Shown: in pieces, positions 1-9,449 of the stretch | How the letters are laid out: every line of letters starts with the position of its first letter | How positions within the stretch are numbered: the stretch's first letter is position 1 | Origin: Candidatus Arthromitus sp. SFB-rat-Yit | GTDB taxonomy: Bacteria > Bacillota > Clostridia > Clostridiales > Clostridiaceae | Length of the DNA stretch: 32,000 nucleotides | Direction of reading: 5' to 3' | Assembly (NCBI RefSeq): GCF_000283555.1 | Contig: NC_016012.1 | Span: 360,001 to 392,000, forward strand | Notes under the pieces: generated by a model | The model's database searches: none | Seen by the model: the letters and a program-made list of their open reading frames with translations, nothing else | What the model was told of the DNA's origin: nothing | Position numbers and translations under genes: made by a program

Positions 1-15
1 AATATTGTTTAATAA

Positions 16-58
16 ATAAGATCCACTTTATTATGAGTGGATCTTATATTATTTTTTA
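16..58 (+). terminator. Rho-independent terminator of a gene left of the window
   Basis: 12-bp perfect stem ATAAGATCCACT/AGTGGATCTTAT (16-27/36-47) followed by a T-rich tract. Confidence 0.75.
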
Positions 59-128
59 AATTATTTATATGTTTAAAGCTGTTTTAAGGTTTATTTTGTA
101 AACTGTTTTATGTAAAGGAGAGGACATT

Positions 129-863
129 ATGAAAACTTTTATGAGATATGAGAAGAAGTATATGTTAACTGAAGAAAAATATTTGAGGTTAATGGATGTT
201 TTTAAGGATAAGATGGAAGATGATATTTTCCCAAGATCTAGTATATGTAATATATATTTTGATACTTCAAATTTTCAACTTATAAGGAATTCTTTAGATA
301 AACCTGTATATAAAGAAAAATTGAGAATGAGAAGTTATGGAGTTCCAAATAAAAATTCGTTTGTGTTTGTAGAACTTAAGAAAAAATATGATGGTGTTGT
401 TTATAAAAGACGTGAAAAAATGCACATATGTGATGCGGAAAATTATCTTTATTTTAATAATTATCCGAAAAATGACACTCAGGTAATTAGAGAAATAGAT
501 TGGATGATGAATCATTATAAAAATGTAATACCTAGTATGTATATTTCTTATGATAGAATTGCCATGCGTGGGATTTATGATAACGATTTAAGGATAACTT
601 TTGATAAAAATATTTTGTATAGAGATTATAATCTTGACCTTAAGAGTGGTATATGGGGAGACAGAGTTATTAGAGAAGATGAATATTTAATGGAGATAAA
701 GATTAGTGGAGGAATGCCTTTTTGGCTTTGTAGGATTTTAACGGATTTGAGTATTTATCCTACATCTTTTTCTAAGTATGGAGTTGCTTATCAAATTAAT
801 AAAGGATATAGAGAATGTATTTGTAAAGATCTTTCATGTGGTAGTAGAGAATTTGCTTGTTAA
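129..863 (+). CDS. VTC-domain (triphosphate-tunnel-fold) polyphosphate polymerase-like protein
   Basis: SD AGGAG before ATG 129. Protein has VTC/TTM-like blocks: RYEKKYML, NIYFDT, KEKLRMRSYG, FVELKKKYDGVVYKRR, RITFD, LMEIKI. Confidence 0.85.
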   Translation: MKTFMRYEKKYMLTEEKYLRLMDVFKDKMEDDIFPRSSICNIYFDTSNFQLIRNSLDKPVYKEKLRMRSYGVPNKNSFVFVELKKKYDGVVYKRREKMHICDAENYLYFNNYPKNDTQVIREIDWMMNHYKNVIPSMYISYDRIAMRGIYDNDLRITFDKNILYRDYNLDLKSGIWGDRVIREDEYLMEIKISGGMPFWLCRILTDLSIYPTSFSKYGVAYQINKGYRECICKDLSCGSREFAC

Positions 864-892
864 AAAATTTAGTTTGGGGGAGTGTGTTTAAA

Positions 893-1582
893 ATGTTTAA
901 TTGGGTTTTTGATTCTATTTTAATTGAAAATGCATCGTCTAATATTTTGGGTAAAAATATTTTAATTTGTATGAGTGTATCGATTATTCTTGGATTTTGT
1001 ATTGCTTATATATATATGTTTAGGAATGTTTATTCAAAAGGTTTTATAGTTACACTTACGCTTATGCCAGCGGTTGTTCAATTAGTTATTATGCTTGTTA
1101 ATGGTAATTTGGGTGCTGGTGTTGCTGTTACTGGAGCATTTTCACTGGTAAGATTTAGATCAGCACCTGGGAGTGCAAAGGAAATAATTAGTATATTTAT
1201 AGCAATGGCAGTTGGGCTTTCAACCGGTATGGGATATATTGGGATAGCAGTTTTATTTGTTATTATTATGGGGGCTTTAAATATTTTATTAAATGCTACA
1301 AAATTTGGTGAGGGTCCCCCACGCCAAAAGACACTTAAGATAACTATACCAGAGTCATTTGATTATACAAATGTATTTAATGATATATTTGATAAATATT
1401 TAAAGAGTTGGGAAATTTATCAGGTTAGAAGTATGAACATGGGTAGTTTATTTAAGATAGAGTATAAGATAGTTATAAAAAATTCTATAAATGAAAAAGA
1501 AATGATTGATGATATTAGATGTAGAAATGGAAATTTAGAAATTATAATTGGTAAAAATTTACCTTCTAGAGAGGAGCTGTAA
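893..1582 (+). CDS. DUF4956-family integral membrane protein
   Basis: ORF 857..1582; best start is ATG 893 behind GGGGGAG. Several hydrophobic helices and the block GAGVAVTGAFSLVRFRSAPGSAKEIISIFIAMAVGLSTGMGYIG, which I associate with DUF4956. Confidence 0.8.
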   Translation: MFNWVFDSILIENASSNILGKNILICMSVSIILGFCIAYIYMFRNVYSKGFIVTLTLMPAVVQLVIMLVNGNLGAGVAVTGAFSLVRFRSAPGSAKEIISIFIAMAVGLSTGMGYIGIAVLFVIIMGALNILLNATKFGEGPPRQKTLKITIPESFDYTNVFNDIFDKYLKSWEIYQVRSMNMGSLFKIEYKIVIKNSINEKEMIDDIRCRNGNLEIIIGKNLPSREEL

Positions 1583-1586
1583 TATT

Positions 1587-3428
1587 ATGAAAAAATCTAA
1601 GTTATTACAGGCTGTTATTTCTGGTATTATATTATTTTCATTTAGTGGATGTGGTACAACCAATACTAGTGCAAGTCTCAATGCATCTCAAAATGTATCG
1701 AATGAAAATAATAATTCATCAGTAAATTTGAGTACGAGTTCAAATTCATCGACAGGACTTACTCAATCTGTAATAAAAAAGGAACTTAATGTTAAAGATT
1801 ATGAAGTTGATTATGATGAAAATTTATCAACTAAAATTAATCTATCGGATGGTCAAATAAATTATAGTGGTACAGGGGTATTGGTTAACGATAAAACTGT
1901 TACTATTAATAAGGCTGGTACTTATGTTTTAAGTGGGAATATGGAAAATGCTCAGATAATTGTTGACGTTAATAAAACAGATGATGTTAGAATTATTTTA
2001 AATGGTATTAATATTCATAATGAAACAAGTGCAGCTATTTATGTAAAAAGTGCAGATAAGCTTATAATGACTTTGAAAGAAGGAACTACAAATATATTAA
2101 GTGGAGGAGCTAATTATGTAAATATAGATGATAATAATATTGATGGAGTTATATTTAGTAAGGATGATTTAACTATAAATGGTAATGGAGAGTTAAAAGT
2201 CACATCTAATTATAAGCATGCTATAGTATCTAAAAATGATTTAAATATTGTATCTGGTACATTTAACATAATATCTCAAGATCAAGGTCTTTCTGGAAAA
2301 GATTCCGTGAGAATTTACGGTGGTATATTTAATATAAAATCAAATGGTCAAGGGATTAGGTGTAAGAATACAGAAGAATTAGAGAAGGGGAATATTTATA
2401 TTGCTGGTGGAAATTTTGAAATTGAAAGTGTACAAGATGCTATAAATGCGACAGGAAGTGTTGTTGTAGATGATGGAAATTTCAATATTAAAACAGATGA
2501 TGATGGAATACGTGCAGATGTTGAGGCTATTATAAATTCTGGGGATATAAATATTTTGAAATCTTATGAAGGTATCGAGGGATATAGGGTAATTATAAAT
2601 GGAGGTAATATTAATATTACGTCAAGTGATGATGGTATTAATGCATCTAACCCTAATGTAACACGTAGTGAAACTATGGATAGACATAATTTTACAACAA
2701 ACAATAATGCTCCGAAACCTCCAGATGTTAATAATGATACTAATGTAGATAATACTCCTACTAATCATCCAAATAATACTACATTCAATGCAGATAATGT
2801 TCCTGCACCACCTCCTGAGGGGGATAATAATGGATTTAGTGGGAATAATCGATTACAACAACCTCCAAATGGCGGAATGATGGGAGGTAGAGGGGGCATG
2901 ATTGCTGATGAAAATGTATATATAACAATTAATGGAGGGAATTTAGTTATAGATGCTAGTGGAGATGGTATTGATTCAAATGGAAATATAACTATAAATG
3001 ATGGTAATATTTTAGTATCATCTAATCCTGGAAATGGAGAAAATGCTATTGATTATGATGGTAATATTACGGTTAATGGAGGAATTCTAATTGGGGTTGG
3101 GGGAACTCCTATGAACCAGAATATAAATGAAAATACTAAACAACCAGTTATATCCTATACAGCTCCAAGTGGAAATGAGAATGAAGTTAAACTTGTAAAT
3201 TCAAATGGAGATGAAGTAGTATCGTGGAAGGCTCCTAAGTCATATAGTTCTGTTTTAATAACCCATCCAAATTTGAATTTAAATAATAAATATACTTTGA
3301 TATCAGGTGGAAGCAGCACAGAAATTACACTTGAGAACGTATTAACAACAAATATAACACGTGGAAATGGTGGAAGAGGTCAGAGACCAAGATCTGATGG
3401 ATTTGATAATCAAACAGTTGCACAATAA
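1587..3428 (+). CDS. Secreted lipoprotein, Cthe_2159-like carbohydrate-binding beta-helix protein
   Basis: Start ATG 1587 after GAGGAG. Signal peptide with lipobox (LFSFSGCG), repeated GGxxNI-type beta-helix motifs such as ITINGGNLVIDASGDGIDSNGNITINDGNI. Confidence 0.75.
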   Translation: MKKSKLLQAVISGIILFSFSGCGTTNTSASLNASQNVSNENNNSSVNLSTSSNSSTGLTQSVIKKELNVKDYEVDYDENLSTKINLSDGQINYSGTGVLVNDKTVTINKAGTYVLSGNMENAQIIVDVNKTDDVRIILNGINIHNETSAAIYVKSADKLIMTLKEGTTNILSGGANYVNIDDNNIDGVIFSKDDLTINGNGELKVTSNYKHAIVSKNDLNIVSGTFNIISQDQGLSGKDSVRIYGGIFNIKSNGQGIRCKNTEELEKGNIYIAGGNFEIESVQDAINATGSVVVDDGNFNIKTDDDGIRADVEAIINSGDINILKSYEGIEGYRVIINGGNINITSSDDGINASNPNVTRSETMDRHNFTTNNNAPKPPDVNNDTNVDNTPTNHPNNTTFNADNVPAPPPEGDNNGFSGNNRLQQPPNGGMMGGRGGMIADENVYITINGGNLVIDASGDGIDSNGNITINDGNILVSSNPGNGENAIDYDGNITVNGGILIGVGGTPMNQNINENTKQPVISYTAPSGNENEVKLVNSNGDEVVSWKAPKSYSSVLITHPNLNLNNKYTLISGGSSTEITLENVLTTNITRGNGGRGQRPRSDGFDNQTVAQ

Positions 3429-3460
3429 AGAGAGTAGTTATTACTACTCTCTATTTATTT
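3429..3460. terminator. Terminator hairpin shared by convergent genes
   Basis: 10-bp perfect stem AGAGAGTAGT/ACTACTCTCT (3429-3438/3443-3452) between convergent stop codons, followed by a T-rich tract. Confidence 0.8.
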
Positions 3461-6039
3461 TTTGAAAAAGGTTTTAAAAATTCATTCACAATAAATGGGA
3501 TTATTGATAAAGCTATAGATGTGATCCAATCTTTTGTACTCAAGGTTTGTGTGCCAAAGAATATATTAAGTGATGGAGTTGTTATTATAATTATTTGTAT
3601 AATTAAGCCTATTAATATTGAAAAAATTAGTTTCATGTTTGAAAATAATCCTATTTCTAATAAGTATTTATCTTCTGATCTCATGCTAAGTGATAAAAAT
3701 AATTGAGAAAATGATAAGACGATGAATGTCATGCTTTGGGCATATACAAGGCCGATTTTTTTGTATCCAATAAGAAAAGAGATAATACTTACAATTCCAA
3801 TTATTAATGCATTAAAAATTAATTTTAAAATATTTGATTTTGAAATTAAATTCTCATTACTTTTTTTAGGTTTATTATTCATTATATTTTTGTCGTGAGT
3901 ATCAACTCCAAGGCTAAGAGCGGGAAGAGAATCTGTGATTAAATTTATCCACAGGAGATGTGTAGGTGATAATGGTAGTTCAAAGTTAAATAAAATTGAT
4001 ACAAAAATTGTTAATATTTCTCCAAGGTTACATGTTAATAGGAATATTACTGATTTTTTTATGTTGTTAAATATGTTTCGTCCTTCTTCAATAGATGTGA
4101 TTATAGTTTTAAAATTGTCATCTGTAAGTATAATGTCTGAGGCATTTTTGCATACATCTGTTCCAGTTATACCCATTGATATACCAACATCTGCCATTTT
4201 TAGTGAAGGGGCATCGTTTACACCATCTCCAGTCATAGCTACTATATTTCCAAGTGATTTTAATGATCTTACAATTTTAACTTTATGTTCTGGAGAAACT
4301 CGGGCAAATACACTGATATTTTTGATTTTATCATTTAATTCATTATCTGTTAGTTTATTTATTTCGGATCCTAACATTGTTTCATCTATGTTTTCAGCTA
4401 TACTGAGATTTTTAGCAATAGCAAAGGCTGTATTTCTATGGTCACCAGTTATCATTATTGTTTTTATTCCGGATTTTTTTGAAATTTCTATGGATTGTTT
4501 AACTTCTTCTCTAGGAGGATCGATCATTCCAACTATTCCAAGGAATATGAGATTATCTTCATAGTTGTCTTTAGTTAAATTTATGATTTCTTTGTATGCA
4601 AAACCGAGTGTTCTTAGTGCAGAGTCTCCCATTCTCTTAGTTTCATTTAAAATATTTTTTCTAATATCATCTGTTAACTCGTGGATATTGTCATTTATAG
4701 AAATTTTATTGCAAATTTTAAGTAGGTTATCAACTGCACCTTTTGTAAAAGAGTAGAAAATATCATGAACATTATTTACTGTGGTCATTAATTTTCTATC
4801 AGAATCGAAAGGTATTTCAGAAATTCTTTTGAAGTTATGATTTTCTATATTTTTATATGCAAATCTAAGAAGTGCAATTTCAGTAGGATCTCCAATTTCC
4901 TCATCTTTAGAATAACTTGAATCGTTACATAGAGTCATACTTCTTATGAAGAATTTTTTAGTATTATCATCATTTTTAAATTCACGTGCATCAAATTTAG
5001 AATTATTTATGAAGTATTCTATAACAGTCATTTTGTTTATTGTGAGAGTGCCTGTTTTATCAGAACAAATAACATTTACAGATCCTAAAGTTTCAACGGA
5101 TGAAAGTTTACGAACAATTGCATTTTTTTTGATCATTTTTTGGACTCCAATAGCTAAAACTATTGTAACAATTGTTGAAAGACCTTCAGGTATTGCTGCA
5201 ACAGCTAAGGATACTGCGATGAAAAATATATCAATTAGTTTATTTCCTTGAATGAGTCCAGTTATCATAATGATTACACATATTATAATTGTAAGAATTC
5301 CTATGTTTTTTCCGAGAATATTTAACTTTTTTTGAAGAGGAGTAATTTCATTTTTTGAATCATTTAAAAAAGAAGCTATTTTTCCTATTTCTGTATTCAT
5401 TCCTGTTGAGACAACAATTCCTTCTCCACGTCCGTATGTAACTATAGTTGACATATATCCCATATTTTTTCTATCTGCTAATGGAATAGATTCATCTTTT
5501 AAAAGAGTATCTATACTTTTTTCAGACGGAACAGATTCTCCCGTTAATGCAGATTCATCTATTTTAAGATTTGCACACTCAAAAAGTCTAATATCAGCAG
5601 GTACAATTCTACCAGCATCAAGCAGAACAATATCCCCTACGACTAAATTTTCTGAATTTATTTCAATTATCTTATTATCCCGTTTAACGATGGATTTTGG
5701 AGAGGAGAGTTTTTTTAGAGATTCAAGAGATTTTTCAGATTTATATTCTTGTATGATACCTATGGACGAATTTAAAATAATAACTAAGAATATTATTATA
5801 GCTTCTTTATGGCTTCCTAGGAAAAACGATATTATGTTTGATAAAATTAAAATGTAAATAAGTATGTTGTTTATTTGATCAAATATAAGTTTGAGTAAGC
5901 TTTTTTTAATTTCTTTGTTTAATTCATTAGTGCCATTTTTTTGTAAAAGTTTAGAGGCGTAGGAAGTTGATAAACCTGTTTTTGTGTTTGTTTTCAAAGT
6001 TTTTGAAATGTATTCAATTGATTTTGAGTGCCACATCAT
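3451..6039 (-). CDS. Calcium-type cation-translocating P-type ATPase (P2 family)
   Basis: Contains LTGES, AAIPEGL, SDKTGTLT, MTGDGVNDAP and NLITDSLPALSLG. Start 6039 or 6036 behind GGAGG; the tracked start 6051 is probably too far upstream. Confidence 0.95.
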   Translation of the reverse strand: MMWHSKSIEYISKTLKTNTKTGLSTSYASKLLQKNGTNELNKEIKKSLLKLIFDQINNILIYILILSNIISFFLGSHKEAIIIFLVIILNSSIGIIQEYKSEKSLESLKKLSSPKSIVKRDNKIIEINSENLVVGDIVLLDAGRIVPADIRLFECANLKIDESALTGESVPSEKSIDTLLKDESIPLADRKNMGYMSTIVTYGRGEGIVVSTGMNTEIGKIASFLNDSKNEITPLQKKLNILGKNIGILTIIICVIIMITGLIQGNKLIDIFFIAVSLAVAAIPEGLSTIVTIVLAIGVQKMIKKNAIVRKLSSVETLGSVNVICSDKTGTLTINKMTVIEYFINNSKFDAREFKNDDNTKKFFIRSMTLCNDSSYSKDEEIGDPTEIALLRFAYKNIENHNFKRISEIPFDSDRKLMTTVNNVHDIFYSFTKGAVDNLLKICNKISINDNIHELTDDIRKNILNETKRMGDSALRTLGFAYKEIINLTKDNYEDNLIFLGIVGMIDPPREEVKQSIEISKKSGIKTIMITGDHRNTAFAIAKNLSIAENIDETMLGSEINKLTDNELNDKIKNISVFARVSPEHKVKIVRSLKSLGNIVAMTGDGVNDAPSLKMADVGISMGITGTDVCKNASDIILTDDNFKTIITSIEEGRNIFNNIKKSVIFLLTCNLGEILTIFVSILFNFELPLSPTHLLWINLITDSLPALSLGVDTHDKNIMNNKPKKSNENLISKSNILKLIFNALIIGIVSIISFLIGYKKIGLVYAQSMTFIVLSFSQLFLSLSMRSEDKYLLEIGLFSNMKLIFSILIGLIIQIIIITTPSLNIFFGTQTLSTKDWITSIALSIIPFIVNEFLKPFSKNK

Positions 6040-6181
6040 TTTAACCTCCATTTGTTATTTAGAATATTATTATTTTATTTTGCACAAAAATTATTAGTTT
6101 TTTATAAAAAATAATTTAAATATAAATTGAAAAAAAGATAATCATAATATATGAGTTTAATTATTGAGGAGTAATAATTCT

Positions 6182-6616
6182 ATGAGGATATCTGGATTAG
6201 AAGTTAAGGAGAACAAAAATAATTTATCAAATAATGTTAAGGTAAGCAAAAATAGAGCTGATATTTTAACGAGTCAATTAGATAACAAACTTTCAAATAG
6301 ATCTAAAAAAGATTTAAAGGAACTTTTGGATTCTATAAAAAAGATAGGGAATAAAGTGGTTGTAACTAAAGAATATAGAGATGTAGTTGAATATAAAAAG
6401 TTAGTTAAGCAGTATCTAGGTAAGGTGCTTGATGATATGTATTCTTTAAACAAGTTTTCAGATGCATTTAATTCTAGATATTATTTAACAGTTGATACTA
6501 TAGATCAAAAACTTAAGGATTTGACTAATCAAATAATAGGCGATGAGAAGGATAATTTAGCTATAGTTACAACTATTGATGAGATTCAAGGGCTTATAGT
6601 AGATGTTTATAAATAA
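6182..6616 (+). CDS. YaaR/DUF327 family protein
   Basis: GAGGAG SD then ATG 6182 (MRISGLEVKENK...). C-terminal YYLTVDTIDQKLKDLTNQIIG...IDEIQGLIVDVYK resembles YaaR. Confidence 0.7.
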   Translation: MRISGLEVKENKNNLSNNVKVSKNRADILTSQLDNKLSNRSKKDLKELLDSIKKIGNKVVVTKEYRDVVEYKKLVKQYLGKVLDDMYSLNKFSDAFNSRYYLTVDTIDQKLKDLTNQIIGDEKDNLAIVTTIDEIQGLIVDVYK

Positions 6617-6702
6617 ATTTTTAAATTGATTTGAACAAGAAAAAATATTTTGGTAGAATTTCGACATTAACATTTAAATATTTTCGGAGGGTAATTACAA
6701 AA

Positions 6703-7308
6703 ATGTTCAAGGGATTAAATTTAAAAGGTTTGGTATTTTTTTTTGGAGGTATGCTTCTATTAGCTTTAGGTATAAGGATTATTAGTTTATCGAGTCTAGG
6801 ATTATCTTTTTCAGATGCACTTTTTCTTAGAATTTCAGATATTTTTAATATTCCGGCTTCTGTGTCTAGTTTTATAGTTGGAGTATTTACAATCATTGCA
6901 GCTAGCATTATTTTGAGGAAACGTCCAAGATTTGAATGCTTAATTACATCTTTTATAGTTGGTTTTTTTGTGGACTTTTGGATTTTAATCATAAAAGATG
7001 TTTCATTTGATGGGATTTTAATTAATATTTTGGTTTTTTTGGTAGGAATAGTTATATTGTCAATGGGAATTTCTATTTATCTACAGCCAGGGTACTCACC
7101 GCATCCTAATGATTTTTTATTTATGTCTATAAGAAATAGGTTTAATATTTCTATTTTTAAAGCAAAAATTTTAATGGATTTATCATTTGCTATTTTTTCA
7201 ATATTACTTATGTCAAAAATAGGTATAGGAAGTATTTTTAATACTTTATGTTTGGGAATTTTTATAGATAAAGGTTTTAATATATTTCAGAAGATATACA
7301 ACAAATAA
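6703..7308 (+). CDS. YczE/YitT-like multipass membrane protein
   Basis: Best start ATG 6703 after CGGAGGG. FFGGMLLLALGIRIISLSSLGLSFSDAL and LSMGISIYLQPGYSPHPNDFLF are YczE-like. Confidence 0.7.
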   Translation: MFKGLNLKGLVFFFGGMLLLALGIRIISLSSLGLSFSDALFLRISDIFNIPASVSSFIVGVFTIIAASIILRKRPRFECLITSFIVGFFVDFWILIIKDVSFDGILINILVFLVGIVILSMGISIYLQPGYSPHPNDFLFMSIRNRFNISIFKAKILMDLSFAIFSILLMSKIGIGSIFNTLCLGIFIDKGFNIFQKIYNK

Positions 7309-7385
7309 TTAATTACATATGTCAAAGTTTTTAATGATCCATATAATATATTTGGAGTTTTATATATTTTAGGAGATGTGCATTT

Positions 7386-7940
7386 ATGGATCATATGGAT
7401 ATAAAAAATAAACTTAAAGGTACAAAAACTGAGAAAAATTTGTGGGAAGCTTTTATTGGAGAATGTGAAGCTCGTGTACGGTATGAATTATATGGTAATA
7501 TAGCACGAAAAGAAGGATATGAGCAAATAGGTTCTATATTTGATGAAACATCTTTAAATGAGAGGGAGCATGCAGAAATTTGGTATGAGTACTTAGGACA
7601 ATTATATGATACAGTTAAAAATTTAAAATCTAGTATAAAAAATGAGAATTATGAATCAATTGAAATGTATATAGAATTTTCAAATATAGCCAGAGAAGAA
7701 GGATTTTTGGAATTATCAGAAAAATTTAAGAAGGTTGCAGAAATTGAAGATGCTCATTCTAAGAGATTCTCAAAACTTGAGAATAATATATTAAATGGGG
7801 AAGTTTTTCATAAAGATAAAAATGTTATATGGCAATGTAGAGTCTGTGGATATTTAGAATATGGAGAGAATGCTCCAGAAGTTTGTCCTGTATGTGCTCA
7901 TCCACAAGGATTTTATCAGTTGCAAGAAAATAATTTTTAA
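7386..7940 (+). CDS. Rubrerythrin
   Basis: Ferritin-like helices with ExxH (NEREHAEIW, AEIEDAHSKRF) and C-terminal rubredoxin-like CRVCGYLEYGENAPEVCPVC. Confidence 0.95.
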   Translation: MDHMDIKNKLKGTKTEKNLWEAFIGECEARVRYELYGNIARKEGYEQIGSIFDETSLNEREHAEIWYEYLGQLYDTVKNLKSSIKNENYESIEMYIEFSNIAREEGFLELSEKFKKVAEIEDAHSKRFSKLENNILNGEVFHKDKNVIWQCRVCGYLEYGENAPEVCPVCAHPQGFYQLQENNF

Positions 7941-7947
7941 TTTAAAG

Positions 7948-7997
7948 AGCAATTGAGTAAGCAGAATAAAATTCTGCTTACTTGGTTGCTTTTATTA
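7948..7997. terminator. Strong terminator, probably bidirectional, between convergent genes
   Basis: 12-bp perfect core AGTAAGCAGAAT/ATTCTGCTTACT (7956-7967/7971-7982), extended by G-U pairs and outer AGCAA/TTGCT, then a T tract. Confidence 0.9.
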
Positions 7998-9348
7998 TTG
8001 TATCTTTTAATTCATATATCATTAAATAAATTAATTTCATATTTATTTTAGAATCAAATTTGATTTTTGGTTTTGAAAATTTATTTTTATCGTATAAGAA
8101 ATGTATGTTTTTGCAAATTATAGGGGTTAGATTGCATTCATCCATGGTTTTGTATGATGAATGTTTGAAACATTTATCTGGTATGATGTTTTCAGTTTTA
8201 TGATTAAATCCAAAGTATTTTTCACTTTCATAATTTTTCGGAATGTTTGGGAATGATGAGAAAATTTTTGAAGGTATGAGTACATTATCGTAGAATTTTT
8301 GGGATTCGCTTTTATTAAATCGAAGGAGATATAGCTCGTAGGATATTATATCATAGGTGTCTGTTATCTCATTTTTGCACAAATTTTCGTTTGAAAATAT
8401 TTCATCTAAATCCCAAATGTATTCTGAAATTAACTTTTTTTGATCATGTAATGTATCATTATTTTGTTTTGATATTGTAGATTTTAATTTTATGAGTGAA
8501 TTGTAGAGAAGAAATTTATCATAAGTGGAAATAGATGAGAGTGAGTATTTAGAGAAGAAATTTTCTATTATATTTAAAGACAAGTCTATGATTGAATTGT
8601 CTGGTAACGTATCTATATAAAGAGAAAAGGCATAAAGTATTTCTATAGATTTTTTACTAGGACAATTTAAGATATTATCTTTAAATTTAATAAACATATC
8701 TCTGATTTCTTTCGAAAAATTTAGAAAGGGTATTTTATATGGGCTTGTATCTTTTAAAAGATTTGAACATTTAGAGAAACAAACCATTAAATATGCCTGT
8801 GGAGAAAATTCAAAAGATGTGTCATATGAACTAAATGATACGTAATTTTTATTTTTATCATCGTATGATGCGACCATATCTACAAATAATCCAATATCAT
8901 TTCTAAAATTATTAACATAGTAATTTAATTGATGTTTAGCACATGACACATAAAATTTAACGATTTCATTTCGTTTTTTCTCATTGTGTATTATTTTTTC
9001 GTAGTATTTTGCTAGGTTTAAAATGCATAATGTCATGTAAGCATTGCTTAGTATGTCGACCTTTTTTTTAATTTTATCTTGTTTCCAGTTTAATATATGT
9101 TTTTCTGATTTTATATTTGGTTTAGCTTTTTTATACAAACATGCGAGTGGATATATATGTTTTGTATTTAAAAGATCTGTAGACGGAGGTCTATCTTTAA
9201 ATTCTTTCCCGTGTATAATTTCTCCACATTTTGAGTTTAATAGTATTTGTTTTAAACTTTCTTTTGAAAAATTAAAAAGCTGGTACTCTATTAATGGGTA
9301 TTTAAGAGAGTTTAATTTTAAAAATTTTCCTAAATGATTTTGATCCAT
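7978..9348 (-). CDS. Conserved-looking hypothetical protein, mostly alpha-helical
   Basis: Long intact 456-aa ORF on its own strand behind a strong terminator, with a GAGGTGA SD-like motif upstream. No family I can name confidently. Confidence 0.75.
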   Translation of the reverse strand: MDQNHLGKFLKLNSLKYPLIEYQLFNFSKESLKQILLNSKCGEIIHGKEFKDRPPSTDLLNTKHIYPLACLYKKAKPNIKSEKHILNWKQDKIKKKVDILSNAYMTLCILNLAKYYEKIIHNEKKRNEIVKFYVSCAKHQLNYYVNNFRNDIGLFVDMVASYDDKNKNYVSFSSYDTSFEFSPQAYLMVCFSKCSNLLKDTSPYKIPFLNFSKEIRDMFIKFKDNILNCPSKKSIEILYAFSLYIDTLPDNSIIDLSLNIIENFFSKYSLSSISTYDKFLLYNSLIKLKSTISKQNNDTLHDQKKLISEYIWDLDEIFSNENLCKNEITDTYDIISYELYLLRFNKSESQKFYDNVLIPSKIFSSFPNIPKNYESEKYFGFNHKTENIIPDKCFKHSSYKTMDECNLTPIICKNIHFLYDKNKFSKPKIKFDSKINMKLIYLMIYELKDTIIKATK

Positions 9349-9449
9349 AAAGTCACCTCATAATTATTATATTGCTTCAACTATTTATTAAATACTAATA
9401 TTAAAATTTTAATTGATATGTGTGATATAATATTTCGGAGGTGTTTTAA

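Noticed and set aside
294-515. Small antisense ORF inside the VTC-like gene, and similar ones at 6621..6992, 9044..9337, 9500..9784, 11921..12208, 13684..13929, 13954..14145, 15667..15873, 23640..23828, 30943..31179
   Set aside because: Short, opposite to conserved genes or overlapping gene starts, with compositions expected of AT-rich shadow frames.
3521-5251. Plus-strand ORFs 3521..3706, 3935..4564, 4565..4756 and 4946..5251
   Set aside because: Antisense to the intact P-type ATPase with all catalytic motifs; no SD and no recognisable product.
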